A stretch of 64,000 bases of DNA from the human T2T-CHM13v2.0 reference genome, Homo sapiens. Shown piece by piece: positions 46,598 to 59,234 of the stretch. Below the pieces are notes generated by a model. The model did not search any database, had not been told where the DNA came from, and saw only the letters and a program-made list of their open reading frames with translations. How positions within the stretch are numbered: the first letter of the stretch is position 1; each line of letters starts with the position of its first letter. The DNA lies in NCBI RefSeq assembly GCF_009914755.1, contig NC_060943.1. One strand, given 5' to 3'. A program made the translations under genes and the position numbers.

Positions 46598-49500
46598 CCT
46601 TCTCGCTCTTTCCGTGGCCCTCTCTTTCTGTCTCTGTCCGTCTGTGTGTGCGTGCGCCTCGGGACACATGTGCCCTGTGCGCCGGAGGGTGGGTTTCTTG
46701 CACGTCGGCCTTTCTTCTGGTCAGCCTCTCCCCGCGTCTCTGCCTGGGTCGTGTGGCCGGTTGGCAGTCGTCGTCCCGGCGGTTCCAGTTTGGGGGTCTG
46801 TGAAGGCCTGGGCAACGTGGGCATCGGCGTCGGACCCGCAGGGGTTTTCATCCCCTCCCCATCCGGAGCAGCCTCTTTGCTAGGCTGGATCCAGACGAGC
46901 GCTCCCCAACCAAGGACAACGGCCTCCCAGGCGCTCATCGTCCACCCGCAGGAGGGTGCCCGCAGAGCTTCAAGAAGGTGGTTGTCACGCCTGTCGCCCT
47001 CTGCCCTCATCGAGAAATGTAGCCACAGCTCGACGCAGGGACGGAGAAGGAAGCCGGCAAGGGGATGGGGCAAGCATGTCTGTCTCTCAAAGGCTGGCCT
47101 TCCTGGCCGAGTCACCCGTTTGACACTCCTCCCCGGATGCCGGTGGTGGTGGCATGGCCCCCCCGTATCCTGCCTGGGCTCTGGCCTCTGCTCTGACCTC
47201 CCTCTTGCTGTGTCTGCCCCGCCTCTGAGAAGCCTGGCGGCTTCTTAGTGTGGCTCAGTGTCTTCCACAAAGAAGACTTCCCCGTCCATCAGGGAGAAAC
47301 CTCGTGGCGGTCCGCGTCATGATTGTTTCCCTCTCCACACCTCTTTCTGGATGATTGGGCAGCTGTGGTGATCCTGGAGCTCTGGGCTTCCATACCTGTG
47401 TGGGACAGGGAAGCTCTCTCGGTCTCCATGGCCCAAGTGATGGCTGCACGCTCGGTCCAGGAAGAGGCGGAGGCAAGCCCACCGCTCCTGACATTGGCCT
47501 TCTAGGAAAGGCGGTGTTGCATCCCACCTGCACTTCCTCTCTGATTCTTGAGGGCCAACCGCTTCCTCCGCTCCTGGGGAAAGTGCCTTCTAGCACCGAA
47601 TCTTTTGGCTGCCACGGATGTCAGGGAGCCAACGGGACTGGGTTTTGGCTGGGTGCAGGGGAGGTTGCGTCAGGGGTACCTAGCCGGCGGCGGGCTGGGG
47701 GTGGGGTGTACTTTGTCCAAACCTCTCGGCTCCTCTGGCGGGCCTCCCTGAACGTGGCGTGGACTCGCGCACAGGCCCTGTCTCGCAGGTTTTCAGGTGC
47801 GCTTGGCTTTTCCTCCGCTTTGTGGGGCAGGTCTCCAGTGGCCCCCCGGGCGCACGCCTGGACATCACTGTCCGTCTCGTCGTCGCCCCCTACGGCCTCA
47901 AAGACACACGCTGCCTGCATGTGCTCTTGGGGGACGACAGTGCCACATGTGGACACACTGGCTCCAGCTCGGACTCGCCTCTGTCTCTCTTTGCCCGTGT
48001 CGCCGGAAGCCGCCTCGGGTTGCCGGAGCCCTCGGGCCTTGGAGATGAAGGCAGGCCCCTGCTCCTGCCAGGAAGGAGGGAGGCAGTGGGCTCATGGGTC
48101 GGTGCCTTTGCAGCCGACAGCACGCCTTGCGGCCCTGGGGATCTTCCTGTGCCCCGGCGAGACCCTTTCCGCCTCACTGCATTGGAACCCCATTCCCGAT
48201 CACCCGCTGGGATCCATCATCGGACCCCAAGAGGAGTCCGCGCAGCCCAGCCGGCACCCCGAAGCTCCTCCTTCAGTGGGAACCGAAGCAGAAGAGCGAT
48301 CAAGGAGGTCCTCACCACAGGACTCCTATGGGTCCGACCCTGGGTCTCCCGCAGGCCCCTCTGGCAGTCCTCTTCCCACCCGCCGCCTCGGGCTGCGCCT
48401 TCGCCGCCGCCGCCGCAACCTCCAGCACCGCCGCCCCAGGCCCCGCAGCCGCCGCGTCGCCGCCATTTTTTAAAGGGTCCGCAGCCTGACTCTGCGGAGT
48501 AAGGGGGGGTGGAGCGGGGGAGTCGGCCTCGCCAGCGCGCATGCGCGAGGCCCGAGCCGCCGCTTGGGTCACAGTGAAAGCCACCGTTGCCCGGGGATGG
48601 GTCCCTGACACTTGGGGAAGTAGGAGCCCTGTGTGATCGTGCGTCTGAGTCTGGGCTGAGACCAGTCCTGGCCAGGGCAGTTACCAGGACGGTCTCCGGA
48701 GGCCGGGATTCGCGGAGGGTCCAGCAGCAGGAAGAAACCCCAGGAGGAAGAAACCTCAGACAGATCGCCGGCGAGGCAGCGCGGGATCCCAGCCTCAGGC
48801 GTGCGCGGACGGTGTGCGGGTGAGTCTCCCCAAAAGTGGAGCCCTTGTGATGACGAGCACAGGTCCGCCTGCCTGCCCGTGGGCTGCTCTCTCACCGGTG
48901 GCTCTCAGTCGCGGAGAGCAGAACCCGGCAGCTTCAGGGGCTGCCTGCGGGAGGGTGTTCCCTGCTGTACGTGTGTGTTCGTCATGGGTGTGTGTGTGTG
49001 TGTGTTGGGGGGGGTGCGTCTGTGTGTGTGTCTGTGTGTGTGCGCGCGCAGTGCCTGTCTGTGTGCCGACTTCTGTCTCTCTCTCACGTCTCTCTCTCTC
49101 TCTCTCTCTCTGTCTCCCTTCTCGCTCTTTCCGTGGCCCTCTCTTTCTGTCTCTGTCCGTCTGTGTGTGCGTGCGCCTCGGGACACATGTGCCCTGTGCG
49201 CCGGAGGGTGGGTTTCTTGCACGTCGGCCTTTCTTCTGGTCAGCCTCTCCCCGCGTCTCTGCCTGGGTCGTGTGGCCGGTTGGCAGTCGTCGTCCCGGCG
49301 GTTCCAGTTTGGGGGTCTGTGAAGGCCTGGGCAACGTGGGCATCGGCGTCGGACCCGCAGGGGTTTTCATCCCCTCCCCATCCGGAGCAGCCTCTTTGCT
49401 AGGCTGGATCCAGACGAGCGCTCCCCAACCAAGGACAACGGCCTCCCAGGCGCTCATCGTCCACCCGCAGGAGGGTGCCCGCAGAGCTTCAAGAAGGTGG

Positions 49501-51604
49501 TTGTCACGCCTGTCGCCCTCTGCCCTCATCGAGAAATGTAGCCACAGCTCGACGCAGGGACGGAGAAGGAAGCCGGCAAGGGGATGGGGCAAGCATGTCT
49601 GTCTCTCAAAGGCTGGCCTTCCTGGCCGAGTCACCCGTTTGACACTCCTCCCCGGATGCCGGTGGTGGTGGCATGGCCCCCCCGTATCCTGCCTGGGCTC
49701 TGGCCTCTGCTCTGACCTCCCTCTTGCTGTGTCTGCCCCGTCTCTGAGAAGCCTGGCGGCTTCTTAGTGTGGCTCAGTGTCTTCCACAAAGAAGACTTCC
49801 CCGTCCATCAGGGAGAAACCTCGTGGCGGTCCGCGTCATGCTTGTTTCCCTCTCCACACCTCTTTCTGGATGATTGGGCAGCTGTGGTGATCCTGGAGCT
49901 CTGGGCTTCCATACCTGTGTGGGACAGGGAAGCTCTCTCGGTCTCCATGGCCCAAGTGATGGCTGCACGCTCGGTCCAGGAAGAGGCGGAGGCAAGCCCA
50001 CCGCTCCTGACATTGGCCTTCTAGGAAAGGCGGTGTTGCATCCCACCTGCACTTCCTCTCTGATTCTTGAGGGCCAACCGCTTCCTCCGCTCCTGGGGAA
50101 AGTGCCTTCTAGCACCGAATGTTTTGGCTGCCACGGATGTCAGGGAGCCAACGGGACTGGGTTTTGGCTGGGTGCAGGGGAGGTTGCGTCAGGGGTACCT
50201 AGCCGGCGGCGGGCTGGGGGTGGGGTGTACTTTGTCCAAACCTCTCGGCTCCTCTGGCGGGCCTCCCTGAACGTGGCGTGGACTCGCGCACAGGCCCTGT
50301 CTCGCAGGTTTTCAGGTGCGCTTGGCTTTTCCTCCGCTTTGTGGGGCAGGTCTCCAGTGGCCCCCCGGGCGCACGCCTGGACATCACTGTCCGTCTCGTC
50401 GTCGCCCCCTACGGCCTCAAAGACACACGCTGCCTGCATGTGCTCTTGGGGGACGACAGTGCCACATGTGGACACGCTGGCTCCAGCTCGGACTCGCCTC
50501 TGTCTCTCTTTGCCCGTGTCGCCGGAAGCCGCCTCGGGTTGCCGGAGCCCTCGGGCCTTGGAGATGAAGGCAGGCCCCTGCTCCTGCCAGGAAGGAGGGA
50601 GGCAGTGGGCTCATGGGTCGGTGCCTTTGCAGCCGACAGCACGCCTTGCGGCCCTGGGGATCTTCCTGTGCCCCGGCGAGACCCTTTCCGCCTCACTGCA
50701 TTGGAACCCCATTCCCGATCACCCGCTGGGATCCATCATCGGACCCCAAGAGGAGTCCGCGCAGCCCAGCCGGCACCCCGAAGCTCCTCCTTCAGTGGGA
50801 ACCGAAGCAGAAGAGCGATCAAGGAGGTCCTCACCACAGGACTCATGGGTCCGACCCTGGGTCTCCCGCAGGCCCCTCTGGCAGTCCTCTCCCCACCCGC
50901 CGCCTCGGGCTGCGCCTTCGCCGCCGCCGCCGCAACCTCCAGCACCGCCGCCCCAGGCCCCGCAGCCGCCGCGTCGCCGCCATTTTTTAAAGGGTCCGCA
51001 GCCTGACTCTGCGGAGTAAGGGGGGGTGGAGCGGGGGAGTCGGCCTCGCCAGCGCGCATGCGCGAGGCCCGAGCCGCCGCTTGGGTCACAGTGAAAGCCA
51101 CCGTTGCCCGGGGATGGGTCCCTGACACTTGGGGAAGTAGGAGCCCTGTGTGATCGTGCGTCTGAGTCTGGGCTGAGACCAGTCCTGGCCAGGGCAGTTA
51201 CCAGGACGGTCTCCGGAGGCCGGGATTCGCGGAGGGTCCAGCAGCAGGAAGAAACCCCAGGAGGAAGAAACCTCAGACAGATCGCCGGCGAGGCAGCGCG
51301 GGATCCCAGCCTCAGGCGTGCGCGGACGGTGTGCGGGTGAGTCTCCCCAAAAGTGGAGCCCTTGTGATGACGAGCACAGGTCCGCCTGCGTGCCCGTGGG
51401 CTGCTCTCTCACCGGTGGCTCTCAGTCGCGGAGAGCAGAACCCGGCAGCTTCAGGGGCTGCCTGCGGGAGGGTGTTCCCTGCTGTACGTGTGTGTTCGTC
51501 ATGGGTGTGTGTGTGTGTGTGTTGGGGGGGGTGCGTCTGTGTGTGTGTCTGTGTGTGTGCGCGCGCAGTGCCTGTCTGTGTGCCGACTTCTGTCTCTCTC
51601 TCAC

Positions 51605-51647
<43 letters not shown>

Positions 51648-54137
51648 CCTTCTCGCTCTTTCCGTGGCCCTCTCTTTCTGTCTCTGTCCGTCTGTGTGTG
51701 CGTGCGCCTCGGGACACATGTGCCCTGTGCGCCGGAGGGTGGGTTTCTTGCACGTCGGCCTTTCTTCTGGTCAGCCTCTCCCCGCGTCTCTGCCTGGGTC
51801 GTGTGGCCGGTTGGCAGTCGTCGTCCCGGCGGTTCCAGTTTGGGGGTCTGTGAAGGCCTGGGCAACGTGGGCATCGGCGTCGGACCCGCAGGGGTTTTCA
51901 TCCCCTCCCCATCCGGAGCAGCCTCTTTGCTAGGCTGGATCCAGACGAGCGCTCCCCAACCAAGGACAACGGCCTCCCAGGCGCTCATCGTCCACCCGCA
52001 GGAGGGTGCCCGCAGAGCTTCAAGAAGGTGGTTGTCACGCCTGTCGCCCTCTGCCCTCATCGAGAAATGTAGCCACAGCTCGACGCAGGGACGGAGAAGG
52101 AAGCCGGCAAGGGGATGGGGCAAGCATGTCTGTCTCTCAAAGGCTGGCCTTCCTGGCCGAGTCACCCGTTTGACACTCCTCCCCGGATGCCGGTGGTGGT
52201 GGCATGGCCCCCCCGTATCCTGCCTGGGCTCTGGCCTCTGCTCTGACCTCCCTCTTGCTGTGTCTGCCCCGTCTCTGAGAAGCCTGGCGGCTTCTTAGTG
52301 TGGCTCAGTGTCTTCCACAAAGAAGACTTCCCCGTCCATCAGGGAGAAACCTCGTGGCGGTCCGCGTCATGCTTGTTTCCCTCTCCACACCTCTTTCTGG
52401 ATGATTGGGCAGCTGTGGTGATCCTGGAGCTCTGGGCTTCCATACCTGTGTGGGACAGGGAAGCTCTCTCGGTCTCCATGGCCCAAGTGATGGCTGCACG
52501 CTCGGTCCAGGAAGAGGCGGAGGCAAGCCCACCGCTCCTGACATTGGCCTTCTAGGAAAGGCGGTGTTGCATCCCACCTGCACTTCCTCTCTGATTCTTG
52601 AGGGCCAACCGCTTCCTCCGCTCCTGGGGAAAGTGCCTTCTAGCACCGAATCTTTTGGCTGCCACGGATGTCAGGGAGCCAACGGGACTGGGTTTTGGCT
52701 GGGTGCAGGGGAGGTTGCGTCAGGGGTACCTAGCCGGCGGCGGGCTGGGGGTGGGGTGTACTTTGTCCAAACCTCTCGGCTCCTCTGGCGGGCCTCCCTG
52801 AACGTGGCGTGGACTCGCGCACAGGCCCTGTCTCGCAGGTTTTCAGGTGCGCTTGGCTTTTCCTCCGCTTTGTGGGGCAGGTCTCCAGTGGCCCCCCGGG
52901 CGCACGCCTGGACATCACTGTCCGTCTCGTCGTCGCCCCCTACGGCCTCAAAGACACACGCTGCCTGCATGTGCTCTTGGGGGACGACAGTGCCACATGT
53001 GGACACACTGGCTCCAGCTCGGACTCGCCTCTGTCTCTCTTTGCCCGTGTCGCCGGAAGCCGCCTCGGGTTGCCGGAGCCCTCGGGCCTTGGAGATGAAG
53101 GCAGGCCCCTGCTCCTGCCAGGAAGGAGGGAGGCAGTGGGCTCATGGGTCGGTGCCTTTGCAGCCGACAGCACGCCTTGCGGCCCTGGGGATCTTCCTGT
53201 GCCCCGGCGAGACCCTTTCCGCCTCACTGCATTGGAACCCCATTCCCGATCACCCGCTGGGATCCATCATCGGACCCCAAGAGGAGTCCGCGCAGCCCAG
53301 CCGGCACCCCGAAGCTCCTCCTTCAGTGGGAACCGAAGCAGAAGAGCGATCAAGGAGGTCCTCACCACAGGACTCCTATGGGTCCGACCCTGGGTCTCCC
53401 GCAGGCCCCTCTGGCAGTCCTCTTCCCACCCGCCGCCTCGGGCTGCGCCTTCGCCGCCGCCGCCGCAACCTCCAGCACCGCCGCCCCAGGCCCCGCAGCC
53501 GCCGCGTCGCCGCCATTTTTTAAAGGGTCCGCAGCCTGACTCTGCGGAGTAAGGGGGGGTGGAGCGGGGGAGTCGGCCTCGCCAGCGCGCATGCGCGAGG
53601 CCCGAGCCGCCGCTTGGGTCACAGTGAAAGCCACCGTTGCCCGGGGATGGGTCCCTGACACTTGGGGAAGTAGGAGCCCTGTGTGATCGTGCGTCTGAGT
53701 CTGGGCTGAGACCAGTCCTGGCCAGGGCAGTTACCAGGACGGTCTCCGGAGGCCGGGATTCGCGGAGGGTCCAGCAGCAGGAAGAAACCCCAGGAGGAAG
53801 AAACCTCAGACAGATCGCCGGCGAGGCAGCGCGGGATCCCAGCCTCAGGCGTGCGCGGACGGTGTGCGGGTGAGTCTCCCCAAAAGTGGAGCCCTTGTGA
53901 TGACGAGCACAGGTCCGCCTGCGTGCCCGTGGGCTGCTCTCTCACCGGTGGCTCTCAGTCGCGGAGAGCAGAACCCGGCAGCTTCAGGGGCTGCCTGCGG
54001 GAGGGTGTTCCCTGCTGTACGTGTGTGTTCGTCATGGGTGTGTGTGTGTGTGTGTTGGGGGGGGTGCGTCTGTGTGTGTGTCTGTGTGTGTGCGCGCGCA
54101 GTGCCTGTCTGTGTGCCGACTTCTGTCTCTCTCTCAC

Positions 54138-54176
<39 letters not shown>

Positions 54177-56667
54177 CCTTCTCGCTCTTTCCGTGGCCCT
54201 CTCTTTCTGTCTCTGTCCGTCTGTGTGTGCGTGCGCCTCGGGACACATGTGCCCTGTGCGCCGGAGGGTGGGTTTCTTGCACGTCGGCCTTTCTTCTGGT
54301 CAGCCTCTCCCCGCGTCTCTGCCTGGGTCGTGTGGCCGGTTGGCAGTCGTCGTCCCGGCGGTTCCAGTTTGGGGGTCTGTGAAGGCCTGGGCAACGTGGG
54401 CATCGGCGTCGGACCCGCAGGGGTTTTCATCCCCTCCCCATCCGGAGCAGCCTCTTTGCTAGGCTGGATCCAGACGAGCGCTCCCCAACCAAGGACAACG
54501 GCCTCCCAGGCGCTCATCGTCCACCCGCAGGAGGGTGCCCGCAGAGCTTCAAGAAGGTGGTTGTCACGCCTGTCGCCCTCTGCCCTCATCGAGAAATGTA
54601 GCCACAGCTCGACGCAGGGACGGAGAAGGAAGCCGGCAAGGGGATGGGGCAAGCATGTCTGTCTCTCAAAGGCTGGCCTTCCTGGCCGAGTCACCCGTTT
54701 GACACTCCTCCCCGGATGCCGGTGGTGGTGGCATGGCCCCCCCGTATCCTGCCTGGGCTCTGGCCTCTGCTCTGACCTCCCTCTTGCTGTGTCTGCCCCG
54801 CCTCTGAGAAGCCTGGCGGCTTCTTAGTGTGGCTCAGTGTCTTCCACAAAGAAGACTTCCCCGTCCATCAGGGAGAAACCTCGTGGCGGTCCGCGTCATG
54901 ATTGTTTCCCTCTCCACACCTCTTTCTGGATGATTGGGCAGCTGTGGTGATCCTGGAGCTCTGGGCTTCCATACCTGTGTGGGACAGGGAAGCTCTCTGG
55001 GTCTCCATGGCCCAAGTGATGGCTGCACGCTCGGTCCAGGAAGAGGCGGAGGCAAGCCCACCGCTCCTGACATTGGCCTTCTAGGAAAGGCGGTGTTGCA
55101 TCCCACCTGCACTTCCTCTCTGATTCTTGAGGGCCAACCGCTTCCTCCGCTCCTGGGGAAAGTGCCTTCTAGCACCGAATGTTTTGGCTGCCACGGATGT
55201 CAGGGAGCCAACGGGACTGGGTTTTGGCTGGGTGCAGGGGAGGTTGCGTCAGGGGTACCTAGCCGGCGGCGGGCTGGGGGTGGGGTGTACTTTGTCCAAA
55301 CCTCTCGGCTCCTCTGGCGGGCCTCCCTGAACGTGGCGTGGACTCGCGCACAGGCCCTGTCTCGCAGGTTTTCAGGTGCGCTTGGCTTTTCCTCCGCTTT
55401 GTGGGGCAGGTCTCCAGTGGCCCCCCGGGCGCACGCCTGGACATCACTGTCCGTCTCGTCGTCGCCCCCTACGGCCTCAAAGACACACGCTGCCTGCATG
55501 TGCTCTTGGGGGACGACAGTGCCACATGTGGACACACTGGCTCCAGCTCGGACTCGCCTCTGTCTCTCTTTGCCCGTGTCGCCGGAAGCCGCCTCGGGTT
55601 GCCGGAGCCCTCGGGCCTTGGAGATGAAGGCAGGCCCCTGCTCCTGCCAGGAAGGAGGGAGGCAGTGGGCTCATGGGTCGGTGCCTTTGCAGCCGACAGC
55701 ACGCCTTGCGGCCCTGGGGATCTTCCTGTGCCCCGGCGAGACCCTTTCCGCCTCACTGCATTGGAACCCCATTCCCGATCACCCGCTGGGATCCATCATC
55801 GGACCCCAAGAGGAGTCCGCGCAGCCCAGCCGGCACCCCGAAGCTCCTCCTTCAGTGGGAACCGAAGCAGAAGAGCGATCAAGGAGGTCCTCACCACAGG
55901 ACTCCTATGGGTCCGACCCTGGGTCTCCCGCAGGCCCCTCTGGCAGTCCTCTTCCCACCCGCCGCCTCGGGCTGCGCCTTCGCCGCCGCCGCCGCAACCT
56001 CCAGCACCGCCGCCCCAGGCCCCGCAGCCGCCGCGTCGCCGCCATTTTTTAAAGGGTCCGCAGCCTGACTCTGCGGAGTAAGGGGGGGTGGAGCGGGGGA
56101 GTCGGCCTCGCCAGCGCGCATGCGCGAGGCCCGAGCCGCCGCTTGGGTCACAGTGAAAGCCACCGTTGCCCGGGGATGGGTCCCTGACACTTGGGGAAGT
56201 AGGAGCCCTGTGTGATCGTGCGTCTGAGTCTGGGCTGAGACCAGTCCTGGCCAGGGCAGTTACCAGGACGGTCTCCGGAGGCCGGGATTCGCGGAGGGTC
56301 CAGCAGCAGGAAGAAACCCCAGGAGGAAGAAACCTCAGACAGATCGCCGGCGAGGCAGCGCGGGATCCCAGCCTCAGGCGTGCGCGGACGGTGTGCGGGT
56401 GAGTCTCCCCAAAAGTGGAGCCCTTGTGATGACGAGCACAGGTCCGCCTGCGTGCCCGTGGGCTGCTCTCTCACCGGTGGCTCTCAGTCGCGGAGAGCAG
56501 AACCCGGCAGCTTCAGGGGCTGCCTGCGGGAGGGTGTTCCCTGCTGTACGTGTGTGTTCGTCATGGGTGTGTGTGTGTGTGTGTTGGGGGGGGTGCGTCT
56601 GTGTGTGTGTCTGTGTGTGTGCGCGCGCAGTGCCTGTCTGTGTGCCGACTTCTGTCTCTCTCTCACG

Positions 56668-56699
<32 letters not shown>

Positions 56700-59187
56700 C
56701 CTTCTCGCTCTTTCCGTGGCCCTCTCTTTCTGTCTCTGTCCGTCTGTGTGTGCGTGCGCCTCGGGACACATGTGCCCTGTGCGCCGGAGGGTGGGTTTCT
56801 TGCACGTCGGCCTTTCTTCTGGTCAGCCTCTCCCCGCGTCTCTGCCTGGGTCGTGTGGCCGGTTGGCAGTCGTCGTCCCGGCGGTTCCAGTTTGGGGGTC
56901 TGTGAAGGCCTGGGCAACGTGGGCATCGGCGTCGGACCCGCAGGGGTTTTCATCCCCTCCCCATCCGGAGCAGCCTCTTTGCTAGGCTGGATCCAGACGA
57001 GCGCTCCCCAACCAAGGACAACGGCCTCCCAGGCGCTCATCGTCCACCCGCAGGAGGGTGCCCGCAGAGCTTCAAGAAGGTGGTTGTCACGCCTGTCGCC
57101 CTCTGCCCTCATCGAGAAATGTAGCCACAGCTCGACGCAGGGACGGAGAAGGAAGCCGGCAAGGGGATGGGGCAAGCATGTCTGTCTCTCAAAGGCTGGC
57201 CTTCCTGGCCGAGTCACCCGTTTGACACTCCTCCCCGGATGCCGGTGGTGGTGGCATGGCCCCCCCGTATCCTGCCTGGGCTCTGGCCTCTGCTCTGACC
57301 TCCCTCTTGCTGTGTCTGCCCCGTCTCTGAGAAGCCTGGCGGCTTCTTAGTGTGGCTCAGTGTCTTCCACAAAGAAGACTTCCCCGTCCATCAGGGAGAA
57401 ACCTCGTGGCGGTCCGCGTCATGATTGTTTCCCTCTCCACACCTCTTTCTGGATGATTGGGCAGCTGTGGTGATCCTGGAGCTCTGGGCTTCCATACCTG
57501 TGTGGGACAGGGAAGCTCTCTCGGTCTCCATGGCCCAAGTGATGGCTGCACGCTCGGTCCAGGAAGAGGCGGAGGCAAGCCCACCGCTCCTGACATTGGC
57601 CTTCTAGGAAAGGCGGTGTTGCATCCCACCTGCACTTCCTCTCTGATTCTTGAGGGCCAACCGCTTCCTCCGCTCCTGGGGAAAGTGCCTTCTAGCACCG
57701 AATCTTTTGGCTGCCACGGATGTCAGGGAGCCAACGGGACTGGGTTTTGGCTGGGTGCAGGGGAGGTTGCGTCAGGGGTACCTAGCCGGCGGCGGGCTGG
57801 GGGTGGGGTGTACTTTGTCCAAACCTCTCGGCTCCTCTGGCGGGCCTCCCTGAACGTGGCGTGGACTCGCGCACAGGCCCTGTCTCGCAGGTTTTCAGGT
57901 GCGCTTGGCTTTTCCTCCGCTTTGTGGGGCAGGTCTCCAGTGGCCCCCCGGGCGCACGCCTGGACATCACTGTCCGTCTCGTCGTCGCCCCCTACGGCCT
58001 CAAAGACACACGCTGCCTGCATGTGCTCTTGGGGGACGACAGTGCCACATGTGGACACGCTGGCTCCAGCTCGGACTCGCCTCTGTCTCTCTTTGCCCGT
58101 GTCGCCGGAAGCCGCCTCGGGTTGCCGGAGCCCTCGGGCCTTGGAGATGAAGGCAGGCCCCTGCTCCTGCCAGGAAGGAGGGAGGCAGTGGGCTCATGGG
58201 TCGGTGCCTTTGCAGCCGACAGCACGCCTTGCGGCCCTGGGGATCTTCCTGTGCCCCGGCGAGACCCTTTCCGCCTCACTGCATTGGAACCCCATTCCCG
58301 ATCACCCGCTGGGATCCATCATCGGACCCCAAGAGGAGTCCGCGCAGCCCAGCCGGCACCCCGAAGCTCCTCCTTCAGTGGGAACCGAAGCAGAAGAGCG
58401 ATCAAGGAGGTCCTCACCACAGGACTCATGGGTCCGACCATGGGTCTCCCGCAGGCCCCTCTGGCAGTCCTCTTCCCACCCGCCGCCTCGGGCTGCGCCT
58501 TCGCCGCCGCCGCCGCAACCTCCAGCACCGCCGCCCCAGGCCCCGCAGCCGCCGCGTCGCCGCCATTTTTTAAAGGGTCCGCAGCCTGACTCTGCGGAGT
58601 AAGGGGGGGTGGAGCGGGGGAGTCGGCCTCGCCAGCGCGCATGCGCGAGGCCCGAGCCGCCGCTTGGGTCACAGTGAAAGCCACCGTTGCCCGGGGATGG
58701 GTCCCTGACACTTGGGGAAGTAGGAGCCCTGTGTGATCGTGCGTCTGAGTCTGGGCTGAGACCAGTCCTGGCCAGGGCAGTTACCAGGACGGTCTCCGGA
58801 GGCCGGGATTCGCGGAGGGTCCAGCAGCAGGAAGAAACCCCAGGAGGAAGAAACCTCAGACAGATCGCCGGCGAGGCAGCGCGGGATCCCAGCCTCAGGC
58901 GTGCGCGGACGGTGTGCGGGTGAGTCTCCCCAAAAGTGGAGCCCTTGTGATGACGAGCACAGGTCCGCCTGCGTGCCCGTGGGCTGCTCTCTCACCGGTG
59001 GCTCTCAGTCGCGGAGAGCAGAACCCGGCAGCTTCAGGGGCTGCCTGCGGGAGGGTGTTCCCTGCTGTACGTGTGTGTTCGTCATGGGTGTGTGTGTGTG
59101 TGTGTTGGGGGGGGTGCGTCTGTGTGTGTGTCTGTGTGTGTGCGCGCGCAGTGCCTGTCTGTGTGCCGACTTCTGTCTCTCTCTCAC

Positions 59188-59234
<47 letters not shown>

